This document shows positions 1 to 6,612 of a stretch of 15,560 nt of DNA, piece after piece. A model generated the notes under the pieces. It made no database searches. It was not told the origin of the DNA and saw only the letters and a list, made by a program, of their open reading frames with translations. The stretch spans positions 1-15,560 of the forward strand of contig JAWSUI010000077.1 in NCBI GenBank assembly GCA_033551855.1. Reading direction: 5' to 3'. The stretch's first letter is position 1. Each line of letters opens with the position of its first letter. The stretch is from Deferrisomatales bacterium (GTDB lineage: Bacteria; Desulfobacterota; Deferrisomatia; Deferrisomatales; JACRMM01). The translations under genes were made by a program, and so were the position numbers.

Positions 1-129
1 CTGCTCAAGACGGAAAAGCTGAAGGAACTGGCCAGGAAAAAAGAGGCGGCGGGCCGAAGTCCGAGGACCGAGGGCAGAGACGGTGAAATGACCAAGGTGG
101 CTTGGCGGCGTTGCTGCTCGGCAGTTTGA
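1..129 (+). CDS. Possible 3' end of an upstream CDS reading into the spacer repeat (partial)
   Basis: Frame 1 is open from the window edge (LLKTEKLKELARKKEAAGRSPRTEG...SAV, TGA at 127-129). The first ~15 codons look protein-like and the rest is repeat-derived. Cannot be confirmed without upstream sequence. Confidence 0.3.
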   Translation: MLKTEKLKELARKKEAAGRSPRTEGRDGEMTKVAWRRCCSAV

Positions 130-161
130 CGGCGCTGACAGGGGGAGGATCGTCGGGCGGG
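45..161 (+). repeat. 117-bp dispersed spacer repeat, copy 1
   Basis: Ungapped alignment to 3986-4102 with 7 mismatches (positions 48, 71, 91, 98, 112, 125, 141). Contains GGTGAAATGACCAAGG and two hairpins. Confidence 0.95.
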
Positions 162-263
162 TTGGCGGGGTGGGCGCCGGGGTCGTCGTTGAAAATCGTG
201 GGCTCTTGTGCCAGATTTGCGGATGATGGTTGTGCAGCATCAACCGATGGAGGAGGGTTTCCG

Positions 264-557
264 ATGGAGCCCATGAATGTAGACCAATACATCGATGATT
301 TGGCGAGAGCGGAGCATACGTCTAAGGAGGGCATTCTGAAAGAGGCTGTTCGTGCGCTCCTTCGGGAAAAAAAGCGTGCCATTCAGAGTGACCAGTTGGA
401 TCTGCTTCGGAGATATGGGGTGGCCAGCCCGAACGCTTTAGAGGAGAGAATTCGCCAGGGGCAAATCGAGGAGTCGCCCGCCTGGGAGGATCGTGTGGCG
501 TTGGACAACCTCACCTCGGCGCTGAAGCAGATCGAGCATGACCTCGCCGCTCTATGA
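264..557 (+). CDS. Small antitoxin-like hypothetical protein (97 aa), orphan
   Basis: GGAGGAGG RBS at 249-256 before ATG 264. RHH-like N-terminus (IDDLARAEHTSKEGILKEAVRALL) and a C-terminal 'PAWEDRVALDNL' segment resembling small proteins seen in TA neighbourhoods. Located in the TA array. Confidence 0.7.
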   Translation: MEPMNVDQYIDDLARAEHTSKEGILKEAVRALLREKKRAIQSDQLDLLRRYGVASPNALEERIRQGQIEESPAWEDRVALDNLTSALKQIEHDLAAL

Positions 558-600
558 ACAGCTAGGGCCGGACAGCACTAGCCCGTGACCCTCGACGACG

Positions 601-1011
601 TCAACCGCCCACCCCCTGGCATTTCTGAACTATCTCCTTCACCCTGTCTACGAACTGCATCGCATGGTCGAGAATCTCACGAGCCCGGGCTTCTGAAGTT
701 GGACAGAATTCGCCGTAATCTGACTTCTGACGCTGGTTGAATGCATCCCTCAGCACCATGGACATCTCTTTTGGAAGAATTCCAGGATGGACAAATTCGC
801 GGTCGATCAAGGCTAGAACTCCGGAATGTTTCGATGAACCAAGATCTTTTGTGATCAGCAACGCCAGTGCCGCATAGAACATGGCGTAGTATCCGCGATT
901 GACCACCCCAGCCCATTCAGCAACTTCTGAAAGGACCTGCGCCTGCTTGATGGCGTGATTTGCCTGTTGGAGGCGATAGTCGCTGAGCGCCTTGCGGTCC
1001 TCGCCCTTCAT
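601..1011 (-). CDS. HEPN domain protein (UPF0332-like), toxin partner of MNT
   Basis: 136 aa with 'VNRGYYAMFYAALALL...SKHSGV' and 'RQKSDY' motifs. ATGA overlap with the upstream MNT stop. Confidence 0.9.
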   Translation of the reverse strand: MKGEDRKALSDYRLQQANHAIKQAQVLSEVAEWAGVVNRGYYAMFYAALALLITKDLGSSKHSGVLALIDREFVHPGILPKEMSMVLRDAFNQRQKSDYGEFCPTSEARAREILDHAMQFVDRVKEIVQKCQGVGG

Positions 1012-1331
1012 ATAGGAACCCCCTCCTGCTGTATGGCTCGAATGAACGGTGAAGACCGGAGGGGAGTTTGCTCGAGCTGCTCAGGTGTGTACTCCACCGT
1101 GGTGATGATCCTGTCGAGTTGGTAGCCCACCTCCCAAGCGATCCTGCTGACGGCGTGGCAGACCTCGTCGTCAACGATGTCGAGAACGAGGCAGACGTCG
1201 AGGTCGCTCTCCGAGGAAAAATCCCCCCTGGCGCGGCTTCCGAAGACTAGGACCCTTTGCACCGGAATGCCGTTTTGGACGAGTCGCTCTTTGAGAACCT
1301 CGGCGACGGTCCTGTCCGTTGGGTGGAGCAT
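1008..1331 (-). CDS. Minimal nucleotidyltransferase (MNT) antitoxin
   Basis: 107 aa from ATG at 1331 with an AAGGA RBS. GSx10DxD motif 'FGSRARGDFSSESDLDV'. Confidence 0.92.
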   Translation of the reverse strand: MLHPTDRTVAEVLKERLVQNGIPVQRVLVFGSRARGDFSSESDLDVCLVLDIVDDEVCHAVSRIAWEVGYQLDRIITTVEYTPEQLEQTPLRSSPFIRAIQQEGVPI

Positions 1332-1425
1332 GGCTCTTGATCCTTCTCCGCTGCTACTCAAATGGCGATCGTCTCCTGAGCGTTCCGGATCCGTGGCGCA
1401 AGAGTGCCATCGGCGCGAGTTCGGA

Positions 1426-1620
1426 TCAAGGATTCCTAACCGCCCCGGCGTCGATCGGGGCGTGGAGGGAGAAGGGGAAGGCGAAGGACAGGACGTCCTC
1501 ATCGCCGGCGTCCACCGGGAGCACATCGGACACACGAACGATATCCCAGCCGCGGCCAGCGAGGGCCGCCACGGTCTTCGGCGAGACGTTCATGTCGGCG
1601 AGGAAACGAAGTGCGGTCAA
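1426..1620 (-). pseudogene. Truncated DUF5615-type PIN-like toxin
   Basis: 'LRFLADMNVSPKTVAALAGRGWDIV...GDEDVLSFA' matches the family N-terminal half. After ~1480 it runs into unrelated sequence and the expected 'R-x-L-I-T-x-D-x-D-F' half is missing. Confidence 0.8.
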
Positions 1621-1633
1621 CGTTGCGCGTCCG

Positions 1634-1864
1634 TCAGACGCTGTCGACCGTCCGGATCTGGTCGGAGACCACCCACGCCGCGTACTTGATGGCTTGCTCG
1701 ACGTCCTTGGCCTCCAACTCCGGATACGCCTCCAAAATCTCCTGTGTAGATTTCCCTCCTGCGAGCATCTTGAGGATCACGCTCACGGTGATCCTCATTC
1801 CTCGAATGACAGGCTGCCCCAAGCACACCTTCGGGTTTACGGTGATGCGGTCAAGAGCCTCCAC
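1634..1864 (-). CDS. DUF433 family antitoxin
   Basis: 76 aa 'RITVNPKVCLGQPVIRGMRITVSVILKMLAGGKSTQEILEAYPEL'. GGGGAGG RBS before GTG. Directly upstream of the DUF5615-like gene. Confidence 0.93.
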   Translation of the reverse strand: MEALDRITVNPKVCLGQPVIRGMRITVSVILKMLAGGKSTQEILEAYPELEAKDVEQAIKYAAWVVSDQIRTVDSV

Positions 1865-2018
1865 GGGACCTCCCCTTCTGCCGGCAGATGATTCGGCTAG
1901 ATCGGTGCCCCGAATCTATACGGCACCTCCCTTCGTCGCGGGCCGACCTGCGCGACACACGGCTTCATTCTACTTCGCCAGCGCATCGCACGCGAGGGTC
2001 AGGGACCGAGGCGCCCCG

Positions 2019-2150
2019 GCGGTGGTGGTTTTCGGGGCTTTCGGGCGAGGCGGAGGGTGGGAAGGCGTTTCATTGGTTTCATTGGCTCGATTGGGTTCAT
2101 TGGTTCAAGACCTGGGGGAAACCCCGACGGGGGACAGAGGACGGAGGGCG
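2019..2150 (+). repeat. Mosaic spacer: 33-bp module, GGGAAGGCGTTTC + 4x ATTGGNTYN, NGAGGAC units
   Basis: 2019-2051 matches 2919-2951 (29/33). 2059-2107 matches 5717-5747 with 4 vs 2 nonamers. GGACAGAGGACGGAGGGC at 2132-2149. Confidence 0.85.
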
Positions 2151-2189
2151 GAAGCGCCGGGGGTGTCTCTTTCGCCTGCCGCGGGAGTC

Positions 2190-2230
2190 TTGACCGCCGA
2201 TGGGATGCCTTATACATTTGATACATACAT
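2190..2230 (+). promoter_or_regulatory. sigma70-type promoter and ATACAT operator repeats of the RHH-VapC cassette
   Basis: TTGACC(2190-2195)-N17-TACATT(2213-2218). ATACAT at 2212, 2221 and 2225. Confidence 0.65.
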
Positions 2231-2251
2231 CATCGGGAAGGAGGCGCGCCC

Positions 2252-2485
2252 GTGGTTCGAACGCAGATTTACATCACCGAGCGGGAACAGCAGGGGCTCC
2301 GGGGCCTGGCCAAGACCACGGGCAAGTCCCAAAGCGAGCTGATTCGGGTGGCGATCGATCGGTTCCTGGCCGCCGCCTTGCCGGGGGAGCGTCGCGCCCT
2401 GCTGCGACAAGGGCGCGGCCTGTGGAAGGAGAGGGAGGACCTTCCCGACTTCGGCGAGCTCCGCCGGTCGTGGGATCGGCCGTAG
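2252..2485 (+). CDS. vapB: CopG/RHH-family antitoxin (VapB-type)
   Basis: 77 aa 'MVRTQIYITEREQQGLRGLAKTTGKSQSELIRVAIDRFL...GLWKEREDLPD'. AAGGAGG RBS before GTG. Confidence 0.9.
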   Translation: MVRTQIYITEREQQGLRGLAKTTGKSQSELIRVAIDRFLAAALPGERRALLRQGRGLWKEREDLPDFGELRRSWDRP

Positions 2486-2503
2486 GCTCCCGTGGGATCG
2501 GCC

Positions 2504-2890
2504 ATGGCCGCTGCGCTACTTCTGGACACGGACGTGCTCATCGACTATCTCCGCGGGCTCCCCCAAGCGGTCGGCTGGCTCGAGGACGTCGACAGCCCCC
2601 TCCTCCTCTCCGCCGTCACCGTGGCCGAGCTCTATGCCGGCGTGCGCGACGGGGAGGAACGCACCACCCTGGAAGCGTTCCTTGGGGCTTTCGAGACGAT
2701 CCCCGTGAACCGGGAGATCGCCACGCAGGGAGGTCTTTACCGAAGGGATTTCCTCCGCAGCCACGGCACGGGTCTGGCGGATGCCCTCATCGCGGCAACG
2801 GCCGCGACCGCCCAGGCGCGACTCGTCACCTTGAACGAGACACACTTCCCCATGCTCACCGAGATCCTCGTGCCGTACCGCAAGTCCTGA
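2504..2890 (+). CDS. vapC: PIN-domain toxin VapC
   Basis: 128 aa: 'LLDTDVLID', 'SAVTVAELYAG', 'LADALIAATA', 'LVTLNETHF'. Confidence 0.93.
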   Translation: MAAALLLDTDVLIDYLRGLPQAVGWLEDVDSPLLLSAVTVAELYAGVRDGEERTTLEAFLGAFETIPVNREIATQGGLYRRDFLRSHGTGLADALIAATAATAQARLVTLNETHFPMLTEILVPYRKS

Positions 2891-2918
2891 CTTCGGCGGG
2901 TCGTCCTTGCCGGGGGGA

Positions 2919-3086
2919 GCGGTGGTGGTTTTCGTGCCTTTCAGGCGAAGCCCGGGGGGGGGGAACCGCTGAGGACGGAGGACAGGAAGGGGGGAACCGC
3001 CAAGGCGCCAAGGACGCCAAGAGGGATCGAGGAGGGCTCGGTGCCGGCGAGAGGACCGGGAGCTCGGGTTGGTGAAATGACCAAGG
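2919..3086 (+). repeat. Mosaic spacer: 33-bp module, heptamers, CGCCAAGG module, GGTGAAATGACCAAGG
   Basis: 2989-3029 matches 6821-6861 (37/41). 2996-3019 is identical to 5836-5859 (24 bp). 3071-3086 is identical to 82-97. Confidence 0.9.
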
Positions 3087-3203
3087 GACAGGGTAGATTC
3101 CCGCGTGGACGGCCGGGCTGATGGGGCATCCTGGATGACGCCACACATTGCAGGAGGGGTGGTTGCCGGGGGGCAAGGCACGGCCTGTTGGCAAGGCACG
3201 GCC

Positions 3204-3264
3204 TTGACCGGCCCTCATTCCTTACCTATGATACCTGTCATTACCACGACGAGGAGGTAAGGAA
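3204..3264 (+). promoter_or_regulatory. sigma70 promoter with inverted-repeat operator for the AbrB-VapC cassette
   Basis: TTGACC(3204-3209)-N17-TATGAT(3227-3232). Perfect 10-bp inverted repeat TTCCTTACCT(3218-3227)/AGGTAAGGAA(3255-3264). Confidence 0.8.
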
Positions 3265-3265
3265 G

Positions 3266-3511
3266 ATGCTGGCTACGGTGACATCGAAGGGGCAGGTGAC
3301 CATTCCGAAGGCAATCCGGGACCTCCTCCACCTTCAACCCAACGACCGCGTCGACTTCGCCGTGGAGGAGGGACAGGTGGTCCTCAAGCCGGTGCAGACC
3401 CTGAGGGATCTGCGGGGAGCCGTTCCGGCTGCGGGGAAGGGGGATTTCGCCGAGCAGCGGGCCCGAGCGAGGGCCGCGGTGGGCCGACGCGTGCGGGAGG
3501 AGATGGAGTGA
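3266..3511 (+). CDS. AbrB/MazE/SpoVT-family antitoxin
   Basis: 81 aa from ATG 3266 with a GAGGAGG RBS. 'TVTSKGQVTIPKAIRDLLHLQPNDRVDF' signature. Confidence 0.93.
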   Translation: MLATVTSKGQVTIPKAIRDLLHLQPNDRVDFAVEEGQVVLKPVQTLRDLRGAVPAAGKGDFAEQRARARAAVGRRVREEME

Positions 3512-3939
3512 AGCGGATCTTCGTCGACACGAACCTCCTCATCCGCTACCTGACGAACGACGATCCGGCGAAGGCCGGCCGGGTCGAGCAGTGGCTCGAC
3601 AAGGCCGCGGCCGGCGAGGTCAAGCTGGTCACGGCCGAGATGGTTCTGGCCGAGACGGTCTGGGTCTTGGAGTCGAGCTACGGCCTCTCGAACGCCCAAG
3701 TCGCGCCGCTGATTCGGGGCATCCTGGCGACGCCGGGCCTGGAGGTCCTCAACGCGGCTCTGGTCACCCGGGCGCTCGACCACTACCAGGCACTCCGCGT
3801 CGACTTCGTGGACGGATACATCGCCGCCGTCATGGAGAAGCAGGGGATCGACGAGATCTTGTCCTTCGACCGGAAGCACATGCCCCGGCTCAAGGGGGTT
3901 CGGCACCGAGAACACGGAGGACGGAGGACAGAGGACTGA
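3508..3939 (+). CDS. vapC: PIN-domain toxin VapC
   Basis: 143 aa: 'FVDTNLLIRYLTNDD', 'VLAETVWVL', 'DFVDGYIA', 'ILSFDRKH'. GTGA overlap with the AbrB stop. The last residues and stop come from the heptamer repeat. Confidence 0.92.
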   Translation: MKRIFVDTNLLIRYLTNDDPAKAGRVEQWLDKAAAGEVKLVTAEMVLAETVWVLESSYGLSNAQVAPLIRGILATPGLEVLNAALVTRALDHYQALRVDFVDGYIAAVMEKQGIDEILSFDRKHMPRLKGVRHREHGGRRTED

Positions 3940-3985
3940 GGACCGACGACGGAGGACGGAGGCCAGAAGACGGAGCACGGAGGGC
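3916..3985 (+). repeat. Tandem heptamer array, 10 x NGAGGAC (degenerate)
   Basis: ggaggac ggaggac agaggac tgaggac cgacgac ggaggac ggaggcc agaagac ggagcac ggagggc. Confidence 0.92.
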
Positions 3986-4102
3986 GGCTGCGGGCCGAAG
4001 TCCGAGGACCGGGGGCAGAGACGGTGAAATGCCCAAGGCGGCTTGGCGGCGTCGCTGCTCGGCAGCTTGACGGCGCTGACACGGGGAGGATCGTCGGGCG
4101 GG
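3986..4102 (+). repeat. 117-bp dispersed spacer repeat, copy 2
   Basis: 110/117 identical to 45-161, same orientation. Confidence 0.95.
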
Positions 4103-4180
4103 AAGCCGGGGGGGACGTTGGTGGTCTCGGCGCCCTTCGCACAAGCCTGGGGGCGGGGAGCCAGGGGCTGGTGAGGTGAC

Positions 4181-4420
4181 CTACGTTTGCTCGTAGGCGC
4201 GCAGGAAATCGTCCCGCGAGATTCCTGCTTGGGAACGGATGGTCCGAAGGGTCGAGCCCTTGATGTGACGGTGATTCGGCCGGGTCAGGGGCGTCCGCTT
4301 GCCGTCTGGGGTTTCCCGGACCATGGCGATGTGCTCCCCCTCGCGGACCAAACGAGACCCCAGCGGCTCCAGGGCTTTGAGGACCCCGGCCTTCGGAGCG
4401 TCGACCGGAAATCTCGGCAT
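4181..4420 (-). CDS. hicA: HicA-family toxin
   Basis: 79 aa 'VLKALEPLGSRLVREGEHIAM...PNHRHIKGSTLRTIRSQAGISRDDF' with a G-x-H motif. TGATG overlap with hicB. Confidence 0.85.
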   Translation of the reverse strand: MPRFPVDAPKAGVLKALEPLGSRLVREGEHIAMVRETPDGKRTPLTRPNHRHIKGSTLRTIRSQAGISRDDFLRAYEQT

Positions 4421-4644
4421 CAGATGACCATCTCGGTCTCGGCCACGAATGCCTCGAGGACCGGCGATTCGTCCTGAAACTCGTCTGCGCCAAACGTCTC
4501 GACATGGAACCGAATCGCTGACTTCACGTCCGCGAGCGCTTCCTCGTACGTGTCGCCTTCCCCGACGACGATGCCTTTGAGCCCGAGAGGGTATGCCACG
4601 TACCCGTCCGGGTGCTTTTCCACGACGATCTTGAACTGGGCCAT
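4420..4644 (-). CDS. hicB: Short HicB-family antitoxin (no obvious DNA-binding domain)
   Basis: 74 aa from ATG 4644 with a GAGGAGGAG RBS. 'GYVAYPLGLKG...GEGDTYEEALADVKSAIRFH'. Confidence 0.88.
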   Translation of the reverse strand: MAQFKIVVEKHPDGYVAYPLGLKGIVVGEGDTYEEALADVKSAIRFHVETFGADEFQDESPVLEAFVAETEMVI

Positions 4645-4730
4645 TTCTCCTCCTCGTCCCCGGGGGACCGCGGGGGGCGGAGGGAGGTCGGGCGGGGCGA
4701 TGAGTTGGGGAAATGACCAACTGGCGGGGC

Positions 4731-4900
4731 GACATCCGTGCCTACGACGAGGCGAAGGGTTGTTCTTCCGACCCGGTGCCCTTCGAGCAGGCTGTGGCAG
4801 CATTCTAAAAAGCCTCTCCGGATTGAGTTACCAGCTCTTCATCGAACGGTCGCCTCAGAAGAACCTCGGGGCACTGGGCCACGGGCAACAGGCAATCCGG
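4731..4900 (+). pseudogene. Remnant of a RelB-like/RelE TA pair (antitoxin C-terminus + toxin N-terminus)
   Basis: 4731-4808 translates DIRAYDEAKGCSSDPVPFEQAVAAF*. 4823-4900 translates (TTG)SYQLFIERSPQKNLGAL..., a RelE-like start. Both are truncated. Confidence 0.7.
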
Positions 4901-4908
4901 CCCCCCCT

Positions 4909-5304
4909 TCACCAGACCGTAGGAACGCGGGAAGTACGAATCTTCCGGTCGCGACTCAGCACGGGAACGCCGAGGCTCACCGCTGTGGCTGCTATGAGAC
5001 GGTCTGGAAGGTCTGGCACATCGGATCGTGGAACGTCCTTCATGGCCTCGACGATCCCTCGTTCGACGGGAACTTCGACGAGGGACGCTTGAGGCTCGTG
5101 AAGCTTGTCGAGAACGCGGAGAAACACCTCCGGTCCGATTCGCCCCTTTTCGCAAAGATACACCAACTCAACGAGGGTGATAGCGGATATGGCAATGCTG
5201 TCGCCGGGACTCACCTCCATAGCCGCTCGGGCCGCACGAGACAGTCGTGGATCATCGAAGAGTGCCCAGACCAGTGTATGCGTGTCGGCCACGGCCCGGA
5301 TCAT
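4909..5304 (-). CDS. vapC: PIN-domain toxin VapC
   Basis: 131 aa from ATG 5304: 'VADTHTLVW', 'ISAITLVEL', 'DLPDRLIAATA', 'VLSRDRKI'. TGATG overlap. Confidence 0.92.
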   Translation of the reverse strand: MIRAVADTHTLVWALFDDPRLSRAARAAMEVSPGDSIAISAITLVELVYLCEKGRIGPEVFLRVLDKLHEPQASLVEVPVERGIVEAMKDVPRSDVPDLPDRLIAATAVSLGVPVLSRDRKIRTSRVPTVW

Positions 5305-5534
5305 CAGAGATCGCCTCGCGGAAAGCCGGACCACATCTCTTGCCGAGCCTCATCGATATCCTCCGCAGAGGGCGCGGCGCCCAGATCGGCGCACAACCCC
5401 ACCGTTGGGCGCATCTCCCCGCCGGGGCTGCCCAATTGCTGCTCCGACAGCTCCCGGGCGATGAGCTCGATCAGTCTGAGCTTGTCTGCGGGAGGAAGGT
5501 GTCGCGCAAGAGAGACGACCTGATCCACGCTCAC
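5304..5534 (-). CDS. Small antitoxin partner of VapC
   Basis: 76 aa from GTG 5534 (GAGGAG RBS 6 nt upstream): 'LPPADKLRLIE...GLCADLGAAPSAEDIDEARQEMW'. Translationally coupled to vapC. Confidence 0.85.
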   Translation of the reverse strand: MSVDQVVSLARHLPPADKLRLIELIARELSEQQLGSPGGEMRPTVGLCADLGAAPSAEDIDEARQEMWSGFPRGDL

Positions 5535-5582
5535 GGACAACTCCTCTCGGGCCCGGCGCGTCTTTGTGATGACCCGGGGTTG

Positions 5583-5610
5583 ATTCTACCCCGTCACACG
5601 AGGCGTGCAA
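5583..5610 (-). promoter_or_regulatory. sigma70-type promoter of the antitoxin-VapC cassette
   Basis: Minus strand TTGCAC-N16-TAGAAT. Confidence 0.65.
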
Positions 5611-5640
5611 GGTGCAGGGCGCAGATCGGGGGCGGGAAGC

Positions 5641-5938
5641 GCGGAGGACGGGGGGGAGGCGGAGGACCGATGACCGAGGACCGAGGACCGAGGACGGAGG
5701 ACGGGGGACGGGGGAAGGGAAGGCGTTTCATTGGGTTGATTGGTTCAGCGTTGGTCGGGTGGGTCGAGCGCAGCGGACCCACCAGCTGAGGACCGAGGAC
5801 GCAGGGCGGTTGCCGGGTCGCAGGTCCTGGTTCCGACCGCCAAGGCGCCAAGGACGCCAGGGACGCTCGGAAACCGCGGCCCTCGGGGCTGGTGAGCGAC
5901 CGCGGAAGTTGGGGGGGAATGACCAAGGTGGCATGGCG
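5641..5938 (+). repeat. Mosaic spacer: heptamers, nonamer module, REP-like hairpin, CGCCAAGG module, AATGACCAAGG module
   Basis: 7 heptamers at 5661-5709; nonamer module 5717-5747; hairpin GGTGGGTC/GACCCACC 5758-5783; 5836-5859 identical to 2996-3019; 5918-5938 matches 87-107 (20/21). Confidence 0.9.
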
Positions 5939-5962
5939 AGGTGCCCGAAGGTCACGGACAGC

Positions 5963-6253
5963 TCACTCGGGAAGCGATCTCAGCAGGCGGGAGACCTTGC
6001 GGTAGACCTCCCTGCGGTGCCCCGCGCGGACGACGAGGACGAGCAGCGCCCTGTCGCGAATCTGGTAGAGGAGCCGGTAATCCCCTTCTCGGATCCGCCA
6101 CAGGTTCTCAGGCCCTTCGATCTTCTTCGCGTTCTCCGGTCGAGGGTCGGCCCGCAAGGAGACGAGTCGCAGCAAGAGGGCAGTGCGCGTCTTGGCGGGG
6201 AGCTTCCGGAACTCGCGGGCCGCCCCCGGCAGGACATCGACCGTGTCGCCCAC
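5963..6253 (-). CDS. relE: RelE/ParE-family toxin
   Basis: 96 aa 'DPRPENAKKIEGPENLWRIREGDYRLLYQI...VVRAGHRREVYR'. Confidence 0.93.
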   Translation of the reverse strand: MGDTVDVLPGAAREFRKLPAKTRTALLLRLVSLRADPRPENAKKIEGPENLWRIREGDYRLLYQIRDRALLVLVVRAGHRREVYRKVSRLLRSLPE

Positions 6254-6261
6254 GGGCGACC

Positions 6262-6528
6262 CTACCGCCGGTGCCCGAGCTCTTCCAGCAGGGAATCCAG
6301 CGAAACGGGCTTCTCCCCGCTGCCTTCCGCCTCGTGGAGCGCCTGCAGCGCATCCAGGAGATCCAGTCGGTCCTCGAGCCTCTCCAGTAGCTCCAAGTCC
6401 TCCGCGGAGACGATGGCCGCCAAGGGCTTCCCGTGGCGCTCCACGAGGAAGCGTTCCCCGGCATAGGCCACTTTGTTCAGCAGGTCGGCGAAGTTGTCTC
6501 GAGCTTCGGTCACGGCCAGACGGGGCAT
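6262..6528 (-). CDS. Phd/YefM-family antitoxin
   Basis: 88 aa from ATG 6528: 'VTEARDNFADLLNKV...VERHGKPLAAIVSAEDLELLE'. Confidence 0.93.
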   Translation of the reverse strand: MPRLAVTEARDNFADLLNKVAYAGERFLVERHGKPLAAIVSAEDLELLERLEDRLDLLDALQALHEAEGSGEKPVSLDSLLEELGHRR

Positions 6529-6545
6529 TGCTTCCAATCCTTTCT

Positions 6546-6597
6546 AATCGAACAAATCGTACGTTTTCAGTATCGGCGCGGAGACGCTGCGGGTCAA
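6546..6597 (-). promoter_or_regulatory. sigma70-type promoter and operator repeats of the Phd-RelE cassette
   Basis: Minus strand TTGACC-N17-GATACT. Tandem AATCGAACA/AATCGTACG repeats just downstream of the -10. Confidence 0.65.
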
Positions 6598-6612
6598 GGG
6601 GGGGGCGGGGGC

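Noticed and set aside
102..263. Extended starts given in the ORF track (102, and likewise 1535, 3188, 4735, 4803, 6674, 15271)
   Set aside because: The extensions cross repeats, promoters or neighbouring genes. Downstream starts have an RBS or coupling and match family lengths.
1433..1470. attC-like site (CCTAAC followed by a CGCCCCG/CGGGGCG hairpin)
   Set aside because: No proper RYYYAAC...GTTRRRY pair, not repeated at other junctions, cassettes are in mixed orientation and no integrase is in view.
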